Shown here in pieces: positions 35,682 to 49,762 of a stretch of 64,000 bases of DNA. The notes under the pieces are model-generated. The model ran no database searches, had not been told where the DNA came from, and was given only the letters and a program-made list of their open reading frames with translations. How positions within the stretch are numbered: position 1 is the stretch's first letter; every line of letters begins with the position of its first letter. The translations under genes were made by a program, and so were the position numbers. Source of the stretch: Octopus vulgaris (Eukaryota); assembly GCA_951406725.2 (NCBI GenBank), contig OX597834.1, forward strand, positions 28,396,001-28,460,000. The letters are read 5' to 3'.

Positions 35682-37390
35682 ATTCCGATAGATGTGTACC
35701 CCACCGATTTTGTTGCCTCATAACTTCAAGAAAAATGGATATTTTTAAATATAAAGTTTTACAAATACTCTTTAGATGGTGTAAATTCTAATTATAAAGA
35801 AATATGTAGTGAAAAAGATTTTCCGAAGGTCGGGTGAGGAATTTCGGAAAATTCACACGAGACAGCTTTCTTTATTCACAAATTTCAGAAAATTACTCTT
35901 TACTCTCTTTTACTCGTTTCAGTCATTTGACTACGGCCATGCTGGAGCACCGCCTTTAATCGAGCAACTCGACCCCGGGACTTATTCTTTTGTAAGCCCA
36001 GTACTTATTCTATCGGTCTCTTTTGCCGAACCGCTAAGTAACGGGGACATAAACACACCAGCATCGGTTGTCAAGCAATGCTAGGGGGACAAACACACAC
36101 ACGCATATATATATACATATATACGACGGGCTTCTTTCAGTTTCCGTCTACCAAATCCACTCACAAGGCTTTGGTCGGCCCGAGGCTATAGTAGAAGACA
36201 CTTGCCCAAGGTGCCACGCAGTGGGACTGAACCCGGAACCATGTGGTTGGTAAACTAGCTCCTTACCACACAGCCACTCCTGCGCCTATTAGGCAATTTT
36301 TTTAATGAAAATTTCCATAAATACCTTTCAGTGTGTAGATGACGATTATATCGGAATTTAATATGGAAAAAATTGGAGGGCTCGTTCACATACATACTGA
36401 CACACGTCGCACATATCGACAAAATGACACTTGAAATTTCGAAAAATGTTGTACTGTGTGTCAGTATTTATGTGAAGTATATTTGCCACTTAAGGAGGCG
36501 CAATGGCCCAGTGGTTAGGGCAGCGGACTCGCGGTCATAGGATCGCGGTTTCGATTACGAGACCGGGCGTTGTGAGTGTTTATTGAGCGAAAACCCCTAA
36601 AGCTCCACGAGGCTCCGGCAGGGGATGGTGGTGATCCCTGCTGTACTTTTTCACCACAACTTTCTCTCACTCTTACTTCCTGTTTCTGTTGTACCTGTAT
36701 TTCAAAGGGCCGGCCTTGTCACTCTCTGTGTCACGCTGAATATCCCCGAGAACTACGTTAAAGGTACACGTGTCTGTGGAGTGCTCAGCCACTTACACGT
36801 TAATTTCACGAGCAGACTGTTCCATTGATCGGATCAACCGGAACCCTCGTCGTCGTAACCGACGGAGTGCTTCCATCCATTTGCCACTTAAATGTGGCTA
36901 ACCACTAAGGGTGTATGCTACTGTAGCTTGTAGCCCCAGGGGAACACCTTCTCCAGCTGGCTATTGACACACTTTCTGTGCCCTATCAGTATTTGCAAAG
37001 GGAAACCGTCCTTCCCATCGTCGACCTGACGTGATACGCACGGACCCGCGTTTCTGGATATTTACCCGCCGTGTGTGTTCTCACTATTTTTCTATTCACA
37101 TGAAATTCCAGTATAATCGTAATTTACACAATCTGAAAATCCTTTGTAGAAAAGTTAATTAAAAAATACCCATTTTTCTGAAAGCTATGAGGAAACAAGA
37201 CCCACTCACGTGAATTATTCGAAACTCCTCTTCCCACTTACAGTAAAAAAACATTTTCACAACAAATTTCCATATAATTGGAATCTACATCATCTGAAGC
37301 GTACTCGTAGAGAAATTCATTAAGAAATACCCATTTTTCTGGAAGTTATGAGGAAACAAAGTCGGTGGGGGTGTACACATTTGTCGGAAT
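35682..37390. mobile_element. Non-autonomous TIR DNA transposon (Tc1/mariner-like) containing SINE A (35895-36288, -) and SINE C (36494-36878, +)
   Basis: ~60-bp imperfect terminal inverted repeats ATTCCGATAGATGTGTACCCCACCGATTTTGTTGCCTCATAACTTC.. and ..GAAGTTATGAGGAAACAAAGTCGGTGGGGGTGTACACATTTGTCGGAAT. Confidence 0.7.
36494..36878 (+). mobile_element. SINE family C, full length
   Basis: 13-bp TSD ATTTGCCACTTAA (36481-36493, 36879-36891). Confidence 0.95.
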
Positions 37391-38308
37391 GCTGGGATTT
37401 GAACGTGGGAACGTAAGGAGCTACTACAAATACTGCACAGACGCTCTAATAATTCTGCCAAATCGTCGTTCTGGAGGTGAGGGGAGAGAAACCAAACAAC
37501 CATTTGTCCTGGCACAAATTTGAAACAGTGACCTTTTTGCCCGCCTCTCGTTCGAATAACTTAACGCCCAGAGGCAACACCGTTTGCATAGCCTAATGCC
37601 CGGTGTCAAAATGCAACTGGTTTACAGTTTCTCATGCGAACTGCTTGGACTGGTTTTTGTGAAACTATACATTTATATATAGACATATACATATGTATAT
37701 ATATCTACCGTATATTTCTACATATATACACATACACACATAAGTGTGTGTGTGTGTGTGTGTTCATTACACACACACACGTTGCAAATCAGTCGAGAAA
37801 GGAGGGAATTAAGTAAGCTATTTGAGAACATGACCTAATTTATCTCTCTTTATAGGAGAGGTGAACAAACAAACTGGCTACACAGGTTCCAGCGATGATG
37901 ATGATGATGATGATGATGATGCTGATGATGATAAGGATGGTGGTGGTAGTGATGATGATAATGATGATAATGATAGTAGTAATAGAAGAGTGTTCCAATA
38001 TCGCTGACAGTCGCTCGCTCGCTCACCCACCCACGCATGGTGTACGGTGGAATTCGAGGCAGCTGGCGGGCGCTTGACCCACTTCCAGATTAATTTCGTC
38101 TTCGTATTTTTACTTCTGTTTTTTTTTTCTAATATTTGTTTTCAGAGCCTTTTTTTTTAGTATTTTTCTTGCTGTATTTTGGCTCCTTTTTTTTTTTTTT
38201 TTTTTTGGTAAGAGGAGGAGGGCGGAAGGGTCGAGGGTACTTTTCATTCAGAGGCTTTTTTCTTTTTTTCTAATCCTTAGTATCACAGCTTCTGGTTTGG
38301 ACATTATG

Positions 38309-38341
<33 letters not shown>

Positions 38342-38660
38342 TATCATGAATGTGTTTCGCAATAGGATGGAGGTAAGTGGGGTAAAAAAAAGAGAACAAA
38401 ATGCTCAAATACCAGAAGCTTTTATGCTGCACGCAACGATAGTTTCTCAAAGGCCAATAACCTCATATCCAAAATACAGAAACATTATTTATATATCATC
38501 TGGGTAATAACCTCATAACATGCATTCCAAAGCTCCTATACGGTTATCGGCTACCATATGTTGTCATATGTTACTGAGTACAGGGGAAATGCTAAAAATG
38601 CAATATGCTACAAAAAACAATGGGAAACTGAACGTGATCCAGAAACGCTATCAAAGCCAC

Positions 38661-38766
38661 TCACCTGATGACGTGCGGGTACACATATAATATTTTAGGT
38701 AATAGTATGATATGGAAAACTCAGCGACTAACAGGTGTTGCCAATGCACAGAAACAATTGTTGTGA
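38661..38766 (+). ncRNA. Type I hammerhead-like motif with extended stem II
   Basis: UCAC-CUGAUGA-C-GUGC..(~70 nt)..GCAC-A-GAAAC-AAUU-GUU|GUGA: stem I UCAC/GUGA, palindromic stem III AACAAUUGUU, stem II extension GGU-ACAC/GUGU-UGCC. Confidence 0.5.
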
Positions 38767-38816
38767 TTCGTGATTAAACCCTGTTCATTCCATCTTGTTT
38801 AAGAAATTATATATCA

Positions 38817-39200
38817 CTAGCAGTATCGCCCGGCGTTGCTCGGGTTTGTAAGGGAAATAACTATATAAGCATTTTTAGAGATGTAAAGTATAATAGCCAT
38901 CTCAATATGGCTAACCACAAAGGTGGGGGTGTTACCATAGCTTTTTACGTTCTGAGATTTAATAATAAATTTTTAGAGAGTTACTTCCCTTAAATATGCT
39001 AAAAATGCATTAAAAATGGAAAAAAATTGATGGTAAATTTTTTTTTAAATCGTAGACTCACGCTAATACCCAGAAGGGCTCGATATGAATCACGACTATA
39101 AGATACCCGGTTTTGGTTACACTGCACCGCAAAATGTGGGAGTAGTTAGGAATCTAAATCGTAGGAGACAGACGCACAACTTCACTTTTATATATAAAGA
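38817..39200 (-). mobile_element. Non-autonomous Helitron, copy 2
   Basis: Same TC..hairpin..CTAG termini and A|T insertion as 21651-22047; different middle. Confidence 0.85.
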
Positions 39201-39544
39201 TTTACAGGATCCCAGGTTGAGAGTGGCTGCACGGTTGAGTAAAAGGTAATTGTACTATGCTTCCATCAAAATAAAAAAAAAACTTCCAATGAAACAAGTG
39301 TAGCAACACTCGGAAATACATTCGTTTGTTTTATTTAATCTTACACCACATTATATATTTTATTCTTCGTTGAATACTACGCATACTATAGAAAATAAGG
39401 TCTGCCCAACGACAGTGTCTTAACCTCATCGATGCCTTCTGCATTGAGAATGGATTACGTTGCTGTCTGCTTTGCATATTTCTGTTCAGCAATTAGTGGC
39501 ATGCTTCACGTTGATATGGCTTGATTTTTTTATAGATCCTTAAA

Positions 39545-39621
<77 letters not shown>

Positions 39622-39649
39622 CACTTTGCAAACCACATGGTTTCGCGTT

Positions 39650-41120
39650 CAGGCCAGCAATTTTAGAGGCGGGGTAAGTTGATTCCAGCCGATGGTACTT
39701 ATTTTATCGACCCTGACAGTATTTGGACTCAGAACGCAAAGACGGACGAAATGCCGCTCAGCATTTTGCCCAGCGTGCTAACGATTCTGCCTAGCGCAAG
39801 GTCAGTAATTTCGGTGGCGGGGCCAAGTCAATTACATCAACCCTAGTACTCAACTGGTAATTATTTTACCGACCCCGAAAGAATGAAAGGCAAAGTCGAC
39901 CACGGCGGAATTTGAACTCAGAATGTAAAAAGTGCCGTAAGAAATGCCACTAAGCATTTTGTCCGACGTTTCCACGATTCTACCAGCTTGCCGATGGTTT
40001 CAAATTTTGGTGCAAGGTCAGGCCCGCAATTTTAGGTGAAGTCGATCACATTGAGCCCGGTGCTTAACTGGTCCTTTATTTTCATCGACCCCGAAAGAAA
40101 AGTAATGTTGGGATGATTTGAACCCAAAACTTAACGTGCTAGGACTATACAAGGCATTGTTTCCAACACTAACGATTCTACCATTTAACAACAACAACAA
40201 CAAAATGGTTTCAAATTTTGGTACAAGGCCAGGAATTTCGAATGGCGGAAGTAAGTCGATTACATCGATCCCAATGTTCAACTGGTCCTAATTTTAACAA
40301 CCCCAGAAGGATGAAATGCGAAGTCGACCTCGGTGGAATTTGACCACAGGACTTAAACACGAACGAAATACTGCTAAGCATTTTGTTCGATGCGTTTACG
40401 ATCCTAAATAATAATAATAATAATAATCCTTTCTGTTATAAGCACAAGGCCTGAAATTTTTTGGGGAAGGGACTAATTGATTATATCGACCCCCAGTGCT
40501 CAATTGGTACTTAATTTATCGACTCCGACAGGATGAAAGGCAACGTCGACCCCGGCTGAATTTGAACTCAGAACGTAAATGCCGTTATGCACTTCACTGG
40601 CCTTGCTAAAGATTCTGCCGACTCACCATACATGAAATTGTTTTAAATTTTGGTACAAGACCACCAATTTTAAGAGGAGCAGATTAATCGACTTCAGGAC
40701 ATAAATGGTGCTATATTCTACCGAAATTTTTTTTGACTTGAGACAGCATTCATTCGGGGTGGGTTGAGCTGGCTTCAATCATCCTCAATGCTGCATCTCT
40801 CACAAACGCCGACCAAGCCTGGCGATTTGAGGCTAATGATCGCGTAATCTCCAACCACTCCCTGTTCCAGCGGCGAACGCCGTAGACATAGGGGCCTAGG
40901 TTGAGTTCCAGATCAGCCTTGACTGTCATCAGCCAGGTTTTTCGTTGTCCACCACATCGTTTTCGCCAACCCTGAAGGGGAGCTGGGGTAATTGCTTCGT
41001 AGATGAATTCTCCTCATTTACGAAGCAATTACCCCAGCTCTACCGAACCTGAAAGGACGAAAGACAAAGTCGACCTCGGCAGGATTTGAACACAGAACGT
41101 AAAGGATATTTAACCAAACA
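39650..41120 (-). mobile_element. Head-to-tail cluster of ~6 older SINE family B copies
   Basis: Repeated decayed CGACCCCGAAAG..GTCGACC..ATTTGAACTCAGAAC cores, all on the minus strand. Confidence 0.75.
40726..41038 (-). mobile_element. SR2-like RTE LINE 3' end with 5' foldback
   Basis: GEFIYEAITPAPLQGWRKRCGGQRKTWLMTVKADLELNLGPYVYGVRRWNREWL..LASNRQAWSAFVRDA..*, stop at 40750-40752. TSD TCTACCGAA (40717-40725, 41039-41047). Confidence 0.85.
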
Positions 41121-41313
41121 GCTGAAGGAGTTGTTTCACACAACGTACTGTTAATTCTGCTGAGCAAATGGCTTTGTGATGCATTGAGAGGGGGAGAGAG
41201 AGAGAGAGAGGAGAGCAGAAAGAGAGAATTGTGCGCGTGTCTGTGTATGTATGATTGTGTGTATGTGTACGTGTGTGTGTGTGTGATTGTGTGTATATGT
41301 ATATATGTGTGTG

Positions 41314-41358
<45 letters not shown>

Positions 41359-41739
41359 GTGTGTGTGTATATATATGTGTGTGTGTATATATATGTGTGT
41401 GAGTGTGTGTATATGAGTGTATGTCTTTGTACGTGAGTGTGTGTGTGTGTGCGTGTATGACTGTGTGTATATGAGTGTATGTCTGTATACGTGTGTGTGT
41501 GAGCGTATTTCAGTATCGGATATGGATACCGTTGAAACTGGCTATCAACCGCATCGATTACACCAGCCTGAGAATACGACCCACACACCCACCCAGAACT
41601 CTTCCACCACCTTCACTTATGATTGGATTAATTAAAGAGATATATACGTGATTTGATTGCACTTAATTACTCTCATGTTTGCCGACGTACACTGCAATAG
41701 GTAGGATTGCGTGTGTATGTGTATACACACAGAAACATA

Positions 41740-42400
<661 letters not shown>

Positions 42401-43066
42401 TTTCATTTTTGCTGTATATAGTGTGACAAATATTGCAGTTAATGGAGAATGGGTGTTCCCAAGTGACTTCATCACGTGGTCTATACAGGATATGACGTCA
42501 TGATCACTTACAGGATATAACATGGTGGTCACTTTAGTATATGATGTAATTTCAAAAAAAAAAACGTAAACGTCTATCAAACAGTTAGTTGTTGTTGTTG
42601 TTCTTATTGTTCGAGGTGGTGTAGGTAGCGAAAGTACATGGCGTTGAAGCTGAGGTATTCGACTCCTCATCGTAAGATCGTCTGTTCAAACCCTGTGCCG
42701 GGTACAACATTAGGACCTTAAACAAGCTACTTCATTTCATGTTTCTCACAGTCTACTCTGCCGCAATGAGAATGAATTGACTGCTCAAAATTGCAGATTT
42801 GCGGCCCAAATTAGAAATTATTAATACACCCGTAGTCGCAGGCTTAGCTATGTGGTAAGAAGTTAGCTTCCCAACAACGTGGTTCCGGGTTCAGTTCCAC
42901 TGTGTGGAATGTGTCTTCTACTATAACCTCGGCCGACAAAAGCCTTATGACATAAGCCTCAGAAACTGAAAGAAGCCCGTCGTGTGTGTGTGTGTGTGTG
43001 TGTGTGTGTATTTTTTTTCTCTTTTCCTTGTTTCAGTCATTGACTGTGGCCATGCTGGAGCCCCGC

Positions 43067-43107
<41 letters not shown>

Positions 43108-43655
43108 TAATCGTGCAAAGTAGTGTTTACGTATAATCTCAAATTAGGTTAGCTGAAATATGTTTGTCACATATTTCATCTGCTAAAGGCAAATACATTG
43201 CAGTTACCATGGAGAAAAAATAAATCTCTCTTATGGTAAAAAGGTAAAACGTGTTTTCATACATTTTTACCATGAGAGAGAGATTTTTTTTTTCTGCGTG
43301 GCACCTTGGACAAGTGTCTTCTACTATAGCCGCGAGCCGACCAAAGCCTTGTGAGTGGATTTGGTAGACGGAAACTGAAAAGAAGCCTGTCGTATGTATA
43401 TATATATATATATATATATACACATACACACACGTATATATGTGTGTGTATGTTTGCGTGTCTGTGTTTGTCCATCGTCATCGCTTGACAACCGATGCTG
43501 GTGTGTCTACGTCCCTGTACCATAGCGGTTCGGTAAAAGAGACCGATAGAATAAATACTAGGCTTAGAAAGAAAAAGTTATGGGGTCGATTTGTTCGACC
43601 AAAGGCGCTGCTCCAGCATGGCTGCAACCAAATGACTGAAACAGGTAAAAGAGTA

Positions 43656-43688
<33 letters not shown>

Positions 43689-44715
43689 TCAAATAAGTTA
43701 TCATTATCTTTAAAAAATAATGATAAAGTGGCCAGTTTCCACACACGAAATGCACTTACAACGCTTTGGGCGACCCGGGGCTGTAGTAGGAAACACTTAT
43801 CTCAGGTGCCATTGAGTGGGTTCTGAACCCAGAACCATGTGATTGGTAAGCCAACTTCTTACCACGCAGCCACGCATGCGGAAGATTTCGAATCTTAAAA
43901 TGTATTATATCGTTTCATTAATCAGGCTTCTCCTAACCCCGAGCGGATTATAGAGTTTCATGGAAAAAATTTTTTGTTTGTTGAAGAAAAATAAAAATGA
44001 AATATAGTTTATTTAAAAAAAAAGAAAAGAAAAATGAATAAAATTTTCATTGGAATTGAAATGTTGAGAGGAAATAATAGAAAAAAGAGAGAAAGAAGAA
44101 AGAAATAAACGAGAAACGGTAAATTGAATTGTTTTTTTTTTTATTGGTGAAGAGACATGAACGGTGATGTGGTTATGTTGAGAAGAAGTGGAAGAGAAGG
44201 ACGAAGGAGGAGTGAAAATGGAGAAGAGGGAAAAAGAATAGGGCGACATAAAGGGGAAAAGAAGAAGGAGGAAGAAAAGGAGAGAGTAAAAAAGCAAGCA
44301 AAGATGTTGGAAAATAAGAGAGTAAAACGAGAGAGGGAGAGAGAGAGAGTGAGAGATAGAGAGAGAGTGAGAGAGACTGTGGGTGAGTGATAGAGTGAGA
44401 GAGGGAAAGAATGAGAGAAGGGGAAAGAAAGCTACTAAGAGAGAGAGAGGAGAAGTGAGGGAAAGTGAAAGAGTGAGAGAGGGAAAGAATGAGAGAAGGG
44501 GAAAGAAAGCTAGAGAGAGAAAGAGAAAGTGAGGGAAAGTGACAGAGTGAGAGAGGGAAAGAATGAGAGAAGGGGAATGAATGCTACAAAGAGAGAGGGA
44601 AAGAGACAGACATACAGACAGAGTGAGAAAGACATAGACAGGGACATAGAAAGAGAGAAAGAGAAAGACAGAAAGAAGATAGACAGTGAATGAAGAGAAA
44701 CAGACAGAAAGCTAA

Positions 44716-44808
<93 letters not shown>

Positions 44809-44817
44809 CGGATAGAC

Positions 44818-44872
<55 letters not shown>

Positions 44873-44973
44873 CGGATAGATAGATAGATAGACAGATAGA
44901 TAGATAGACAGATAGATAGACGGATAGATAGATAGATAGATAGATAGATAGACGGATAGATAGACAGACAGAC

Positions 44974-45063
<90 letters not shown>

Positions 45064-45460
45064 CAGACAGGCAGACAGACGGTGAGACAGATAGCAAGAA
45101 AGAGAGAAACGATGATAGAACGTAAACTAAAGGAAGTAGTAACACAGTGAAAAACAAAAAAAAAAAACAAAAACAAAAACAAAAAGAGCAACGATAAATG
45201 ACAGCAACCACAAGAACTAATGATAAAAAAATGAAATTGTATACAATCAGGACCGATCGATACGAGAGCGTTTCAAGCTGTTTAAGTGAAGACGTAATTG
45301 GTTGAGCGTACGGTTGAATGAACTGATGGTATCCGACGGCAATGTCCTCAAAAGATTCAGCAGAAATTGTGTAACGGCCATATTGTATAAAAAGGACTTC
45401 CGGTTTAACTGGGTCTAGTCGTACGATGACTATATGGAAGTCGACGAAACAAGAGTTTGT

Positions 45461-45502
<42 letters not shown>

Positions 45503-45524
<22 letters not shown>

Positions 45525-45546
45525 TATTTATATATATATATATGTA

Positions 45547-45592
<46 letters not shown>

Positions 45593-45627
45593 TATATTAT
45601 ATATATATATATATGTATATATATTAT

Positions 45628-45660
<33 letters not shown>

Positions 45661-45927
45661 TATTATATATATATATATATGTATATATATATGTATATAT
45701 ATTATTTATATATATATATATGTATATATTATTTATATATATGTATATATATTTATATATATATATGTATATATATATGTATATATATTATTTATATATA
45801 TATATATGTATATATATTTATATATATATATGTATATATATTTATATATATATATGTATATATAATATTTATATATATATATATATATATTATTTATATT
45901 ATTTATATATATATATATATATATTAT

Positions 45928-45958
<31 letters not shown>

Positions 45959-45993
45959 TATTTATATATATATATATATTTATTTATTTATAT

Positions 45994-46041
<48 letters not shown>
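45503..46041. repeat. ~540-bp interrupted (TA)n tract
   Basis: Almost exclusively A/T. Confidence 0.95.
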
Positions 46042-46363
46042 CATATGTGTGTGTGTGTGTATTAGTAATGCAATGACTGTACGAATTACGTTATGCTTCG
46101 CATACCATCAAGAGATGGAATACGGACCGTTGTGTACAATAGGCAAATTTCCAAAGGATTAGTCGAAAACAGGATGTGACTTTTCTTCAGCGATGTCAGC
46201 AACTCACATTTATACGCTTTATACCGCAGAACAAAAGTCTGTCATTATCTTCATTATTAAACCGGACTGGCAGAATTGCTAAAAACGTCGGACAATAACG
46301 CCCCGCGGTCTTAAGTCCCAGGCTCTTTTTACATTCTGCGTTCAAATCACTTGTGCCGTTTAA

Positions 46364-46583
46364 CCCTTTAGCATTTAAACCGGCCATATCTGGCCAAAAG
46401 TATTCTGTCTGTTTTATGTTCAAACTGGCCAGATCTGGTCTCTCACACCAACCCTACAAAATCGTTTAAAAATTAACAGCCACCTCATCAAAATCTCATA
46501 GCTACAAAATAATGCATGATTAGTTTAAAACAATGTGGATGAAGAAGCATTAATTTTGGCAGAATAATGCGAACACTAAAGGG
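46364..46583. mobile_element. piggyBac-type MITE
   Basis: TTAA TSD on both sides, TIR CCCTTTAG/CTAAAGGG; inserted in an old SINE B. Confidence 0.75.
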
Positions 46584-46989
46584 TTAAGCCCTTCTGGGGT
46601 TCGTCGATAAAATAAAGTACTAGTCAAACGCTGTGGTCGATTTAGCACATACTTATCATGTATCTTAGATATAGAATATTGTTATAAGGAGGCGTGTTGG
46701 CTGAATCGTCAGCACGTCAGGCAAAATGCTTAGCGGTATATCTCCCGACGCTTTACGTCTTGAGTTCAAATTCGGCCGAGGTTGACTTCGTTTTTTTTTT
46801 TTCTCATTCTTCCGAGGTCGATAAAATAAAGAATCGCAGTCGATGTTTGTGTAATCGATTTGTCCCTCCCCTGAAAAATTGGGGGTCTTGTGCCAAAATT
46901 AGAAGGAATTATAAACAGATGACAACGACGTCGACGTTACAACCGCTGCTACTACAACTACTACTACTACTAACATAATTTCACTCACC

Positions 46990-47299
46990 GGCACTCCGTC
47001 GGTTACGACGACGAGTGTTCTAGTCGATCCGATCAACGGAACAGCCTGCTCGTGAAATTAACGTGCAAGTGGCTGAGTACTCCAGAGACACGCGTACCCT
47101 TAACGTAGTTCTCAGGAGAGATTCGGTGTGACAAACTGGCCCTTTGAAGTACAGGGCACTACTCACTTTTGCCAGCTGAGTGGAGTGGAGCAACGTGAAA
47201 TAAAGAGTGTTACTCAAGGACGCAATGCATATCGAGAATCGAACTCACGACTTTACAATCGCGAGCCGAATACCCTATCCACAAAGCCACGCACCTTCA
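46990..47299 (-). mobile_element. SINE with CORE-type body and family C tail X (family E); second copy ~56690-56975
   Basis: CORE-like GCAACGTGAAATAAAG..CTCAAGGA plus GCACTCCGTCGGTTACGACGACGAG tail. Confidence 0.75.
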
Positions 47300-47383
47300 T
47301 CCCAACATAACTACTACCACCACCACTACAACCCGTGTCAACAGACTTGTCCCAACGAAATTCCGCCTCAATGCGACATATAT

Positions 47384-47802
47384 ATTTCTTTACTACCCAC
47401 AAGGGGCTAAACACAGAGGGGACAAACAAGGATAGACAAACGGATTAAGTCGATTACATCGACCCCAGTGCGTAACTGCTACTTAATTTATCGACCCCGA
47501 AAGGATGAAAGGCAAAGTCGACCTCGGCGGAATTTGAACTCAGAACGTAGCGGCAGGCGAAATACCTATTTCTTTACTACCCACAAGGGGCTAAACACAG
47601 AAGGGACAAACAAGGACAGACAAACGGATTAAGTCGATTACATCGACCCCAGTGCGTAACTGCTACTTAATTTATCGACCCCGAAAGGATGAAAGGCAAA
47701 GTCGACCTCGGCGGAATTTGAATTCAGAACGTAACGGCAGACGAAATACGGCTACGCATTTCGCCCGGCGTGCTAAACGTTTCTGCCAGCTCCTCGCCGC
47801 CT
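47384..47802 (-). mobile_element. SINE family B dimer
   Basis: Junction CGAAATACCTATTT at 47558. Confidence 0.85.
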
Positions 47803-48543
47803 TCAATGCGACATATAAACGAATGATGGTGATGGTTTCGGTGGTAGTGGTGTCGCTGTTAACCACCAACCATAATTCTTTATAGCAACACGGATGTTAA
47901 AGCTTACATTTACATTTTCATTTATTTTATTTTATTTGAGTGTCATTTAGTTTTACCTTCCGCATTCAGTGTGAGTCTGGCGAATAAACGGTATTAGTCT
48001 TTGACAATAACAACAACAACAATAATAATAATAACAATAACAATAATAACAATGCTCGTGACTTGTTCGTTATTAATATCGAAAAGAAGATATACATAAA
48101 GTAAATTAGAACGTCATTTAACTATAGTAATTAACGAGAGTAATTAAGTGCATATTTATCTTATAATCACCCAACCACAGAGTGAGAAAGAGTGAAGGAG
48201 AGAGAGAGAGAGAAAAAGAAAGAAGAGAGAGAGAATAAGGAGAGGAAAGAGAGAGAGAATAAGGAGAGAGAGGATGAGAGAATAAGGAGAGAGAGGGTGA
48301 GAGAATAAGGAGAGAGAGGATGAGAGAATAAGGAGAGAGAGGATGAGAGAATAAGGAGAGGGAAGAGAGAGAGAATAAGGAGAGGGAGAGAGAGAGAGAA
48401 TAAGGAGAGGGAAGAGAGAGACAGATAGAAAAGAGAGAGAGGGAAGGGAAACAGAAAGAGCAACTATATATCTCTCAAATAACACCGTAGTCTTCAAAAA
48501 ATGGACGGACGGACGGACAAACACACAAGACACGCCTGCGTTA

Positions 48544-49686
48544 CGGATACTCCAGCTTACGGGATTTCGCGCTTACGAAAACTGAAATGTATAACCGTTA
48601 CTGGATACAGTCTGTAATTTCGCCGTTACGAAAACTCGTATCACTCCGAAAATCTAAGGGCTTTCGAGGGTTGCACTTAATTTAATCTAACTCTGATATG
48701 ACGTTCACCTAAGAAGGCATGGATAACTAAGAGCCTTTTCAAAGAGTGGTTTACAAACATTTTTTGTCCAGTCGTAGAAAGGTGGCGAGCTGGCAGAAAC
48801 GTTAGCACGCTGGGCGAAATGCTTAACAGTATTCGTCTGCCGTTACGTTGTGAGTCCAAATTCCGCCGAGGTCGACTTTGCCTTTCATCCTTTCGGGATC
48901 GATAAATTAAGTGCTAGTTACGCCCTGGAGTCGATGTAATCGACTTAATACCTATGTCTGTCCTTGTTTGTCCCCTCTATGTTTAGACCCTTGTGAGTAA
49001 TAAAGAAATAGGTACATTGCCAGACATATTTTCAACAAAACATTGCTTCTTTTAGACAATGCACCGAGTCACCTGTGAACTTAGATGACCTTTCTCACAA
49101 TATGAGAGTAGAATATATCCCCAAGAATACAACTGCTTTGCTCCAGTCAATGCACCGAGGTCTGATAACTAACTTCAAGGCACATTATATGAGAACTTTA
49201 AAAGAACTTGTGAAAGCAATTGACAGGGAGGATAAACAGTTAGAGATTTCTGGAAGAAATTCAACATAATGGACACTGTAGTTAATAAAGGTGAGTCATG
49301 GGATGGAATGGGTCCTTTAACTTTGAATAGAGCTTGGGAAAATATATGGCTAGACTATCCGTGACATTACAAGTTTACCGCAAACAGAAAGTCTACATCA
49401 AATTCGGAAAGATATTGTGAAAGATATATACCTGCAAAGGATGTAGGATCTGAAGAAGTCAAAGAGAATGATGTGATTGAGTTGCCAGTGCACTCTTTTA
49501 CTCGTTTCAGTCATTTGGCTGTGGCCATGCTGGAGCAACGCCTTTTAGTCGAGCATATCGACCTAGTACTTATTCTGTCGGTCACTTTTGCCGAACCGCT
49601 AAGTCACGGGAACGTAAACACACCAGCATCGGTTGTCAAGCAATGTTGGGGGGGACAAACACAGACACACAAACACACACACACAT

Positions 49687-49762
<76 letters not shown>

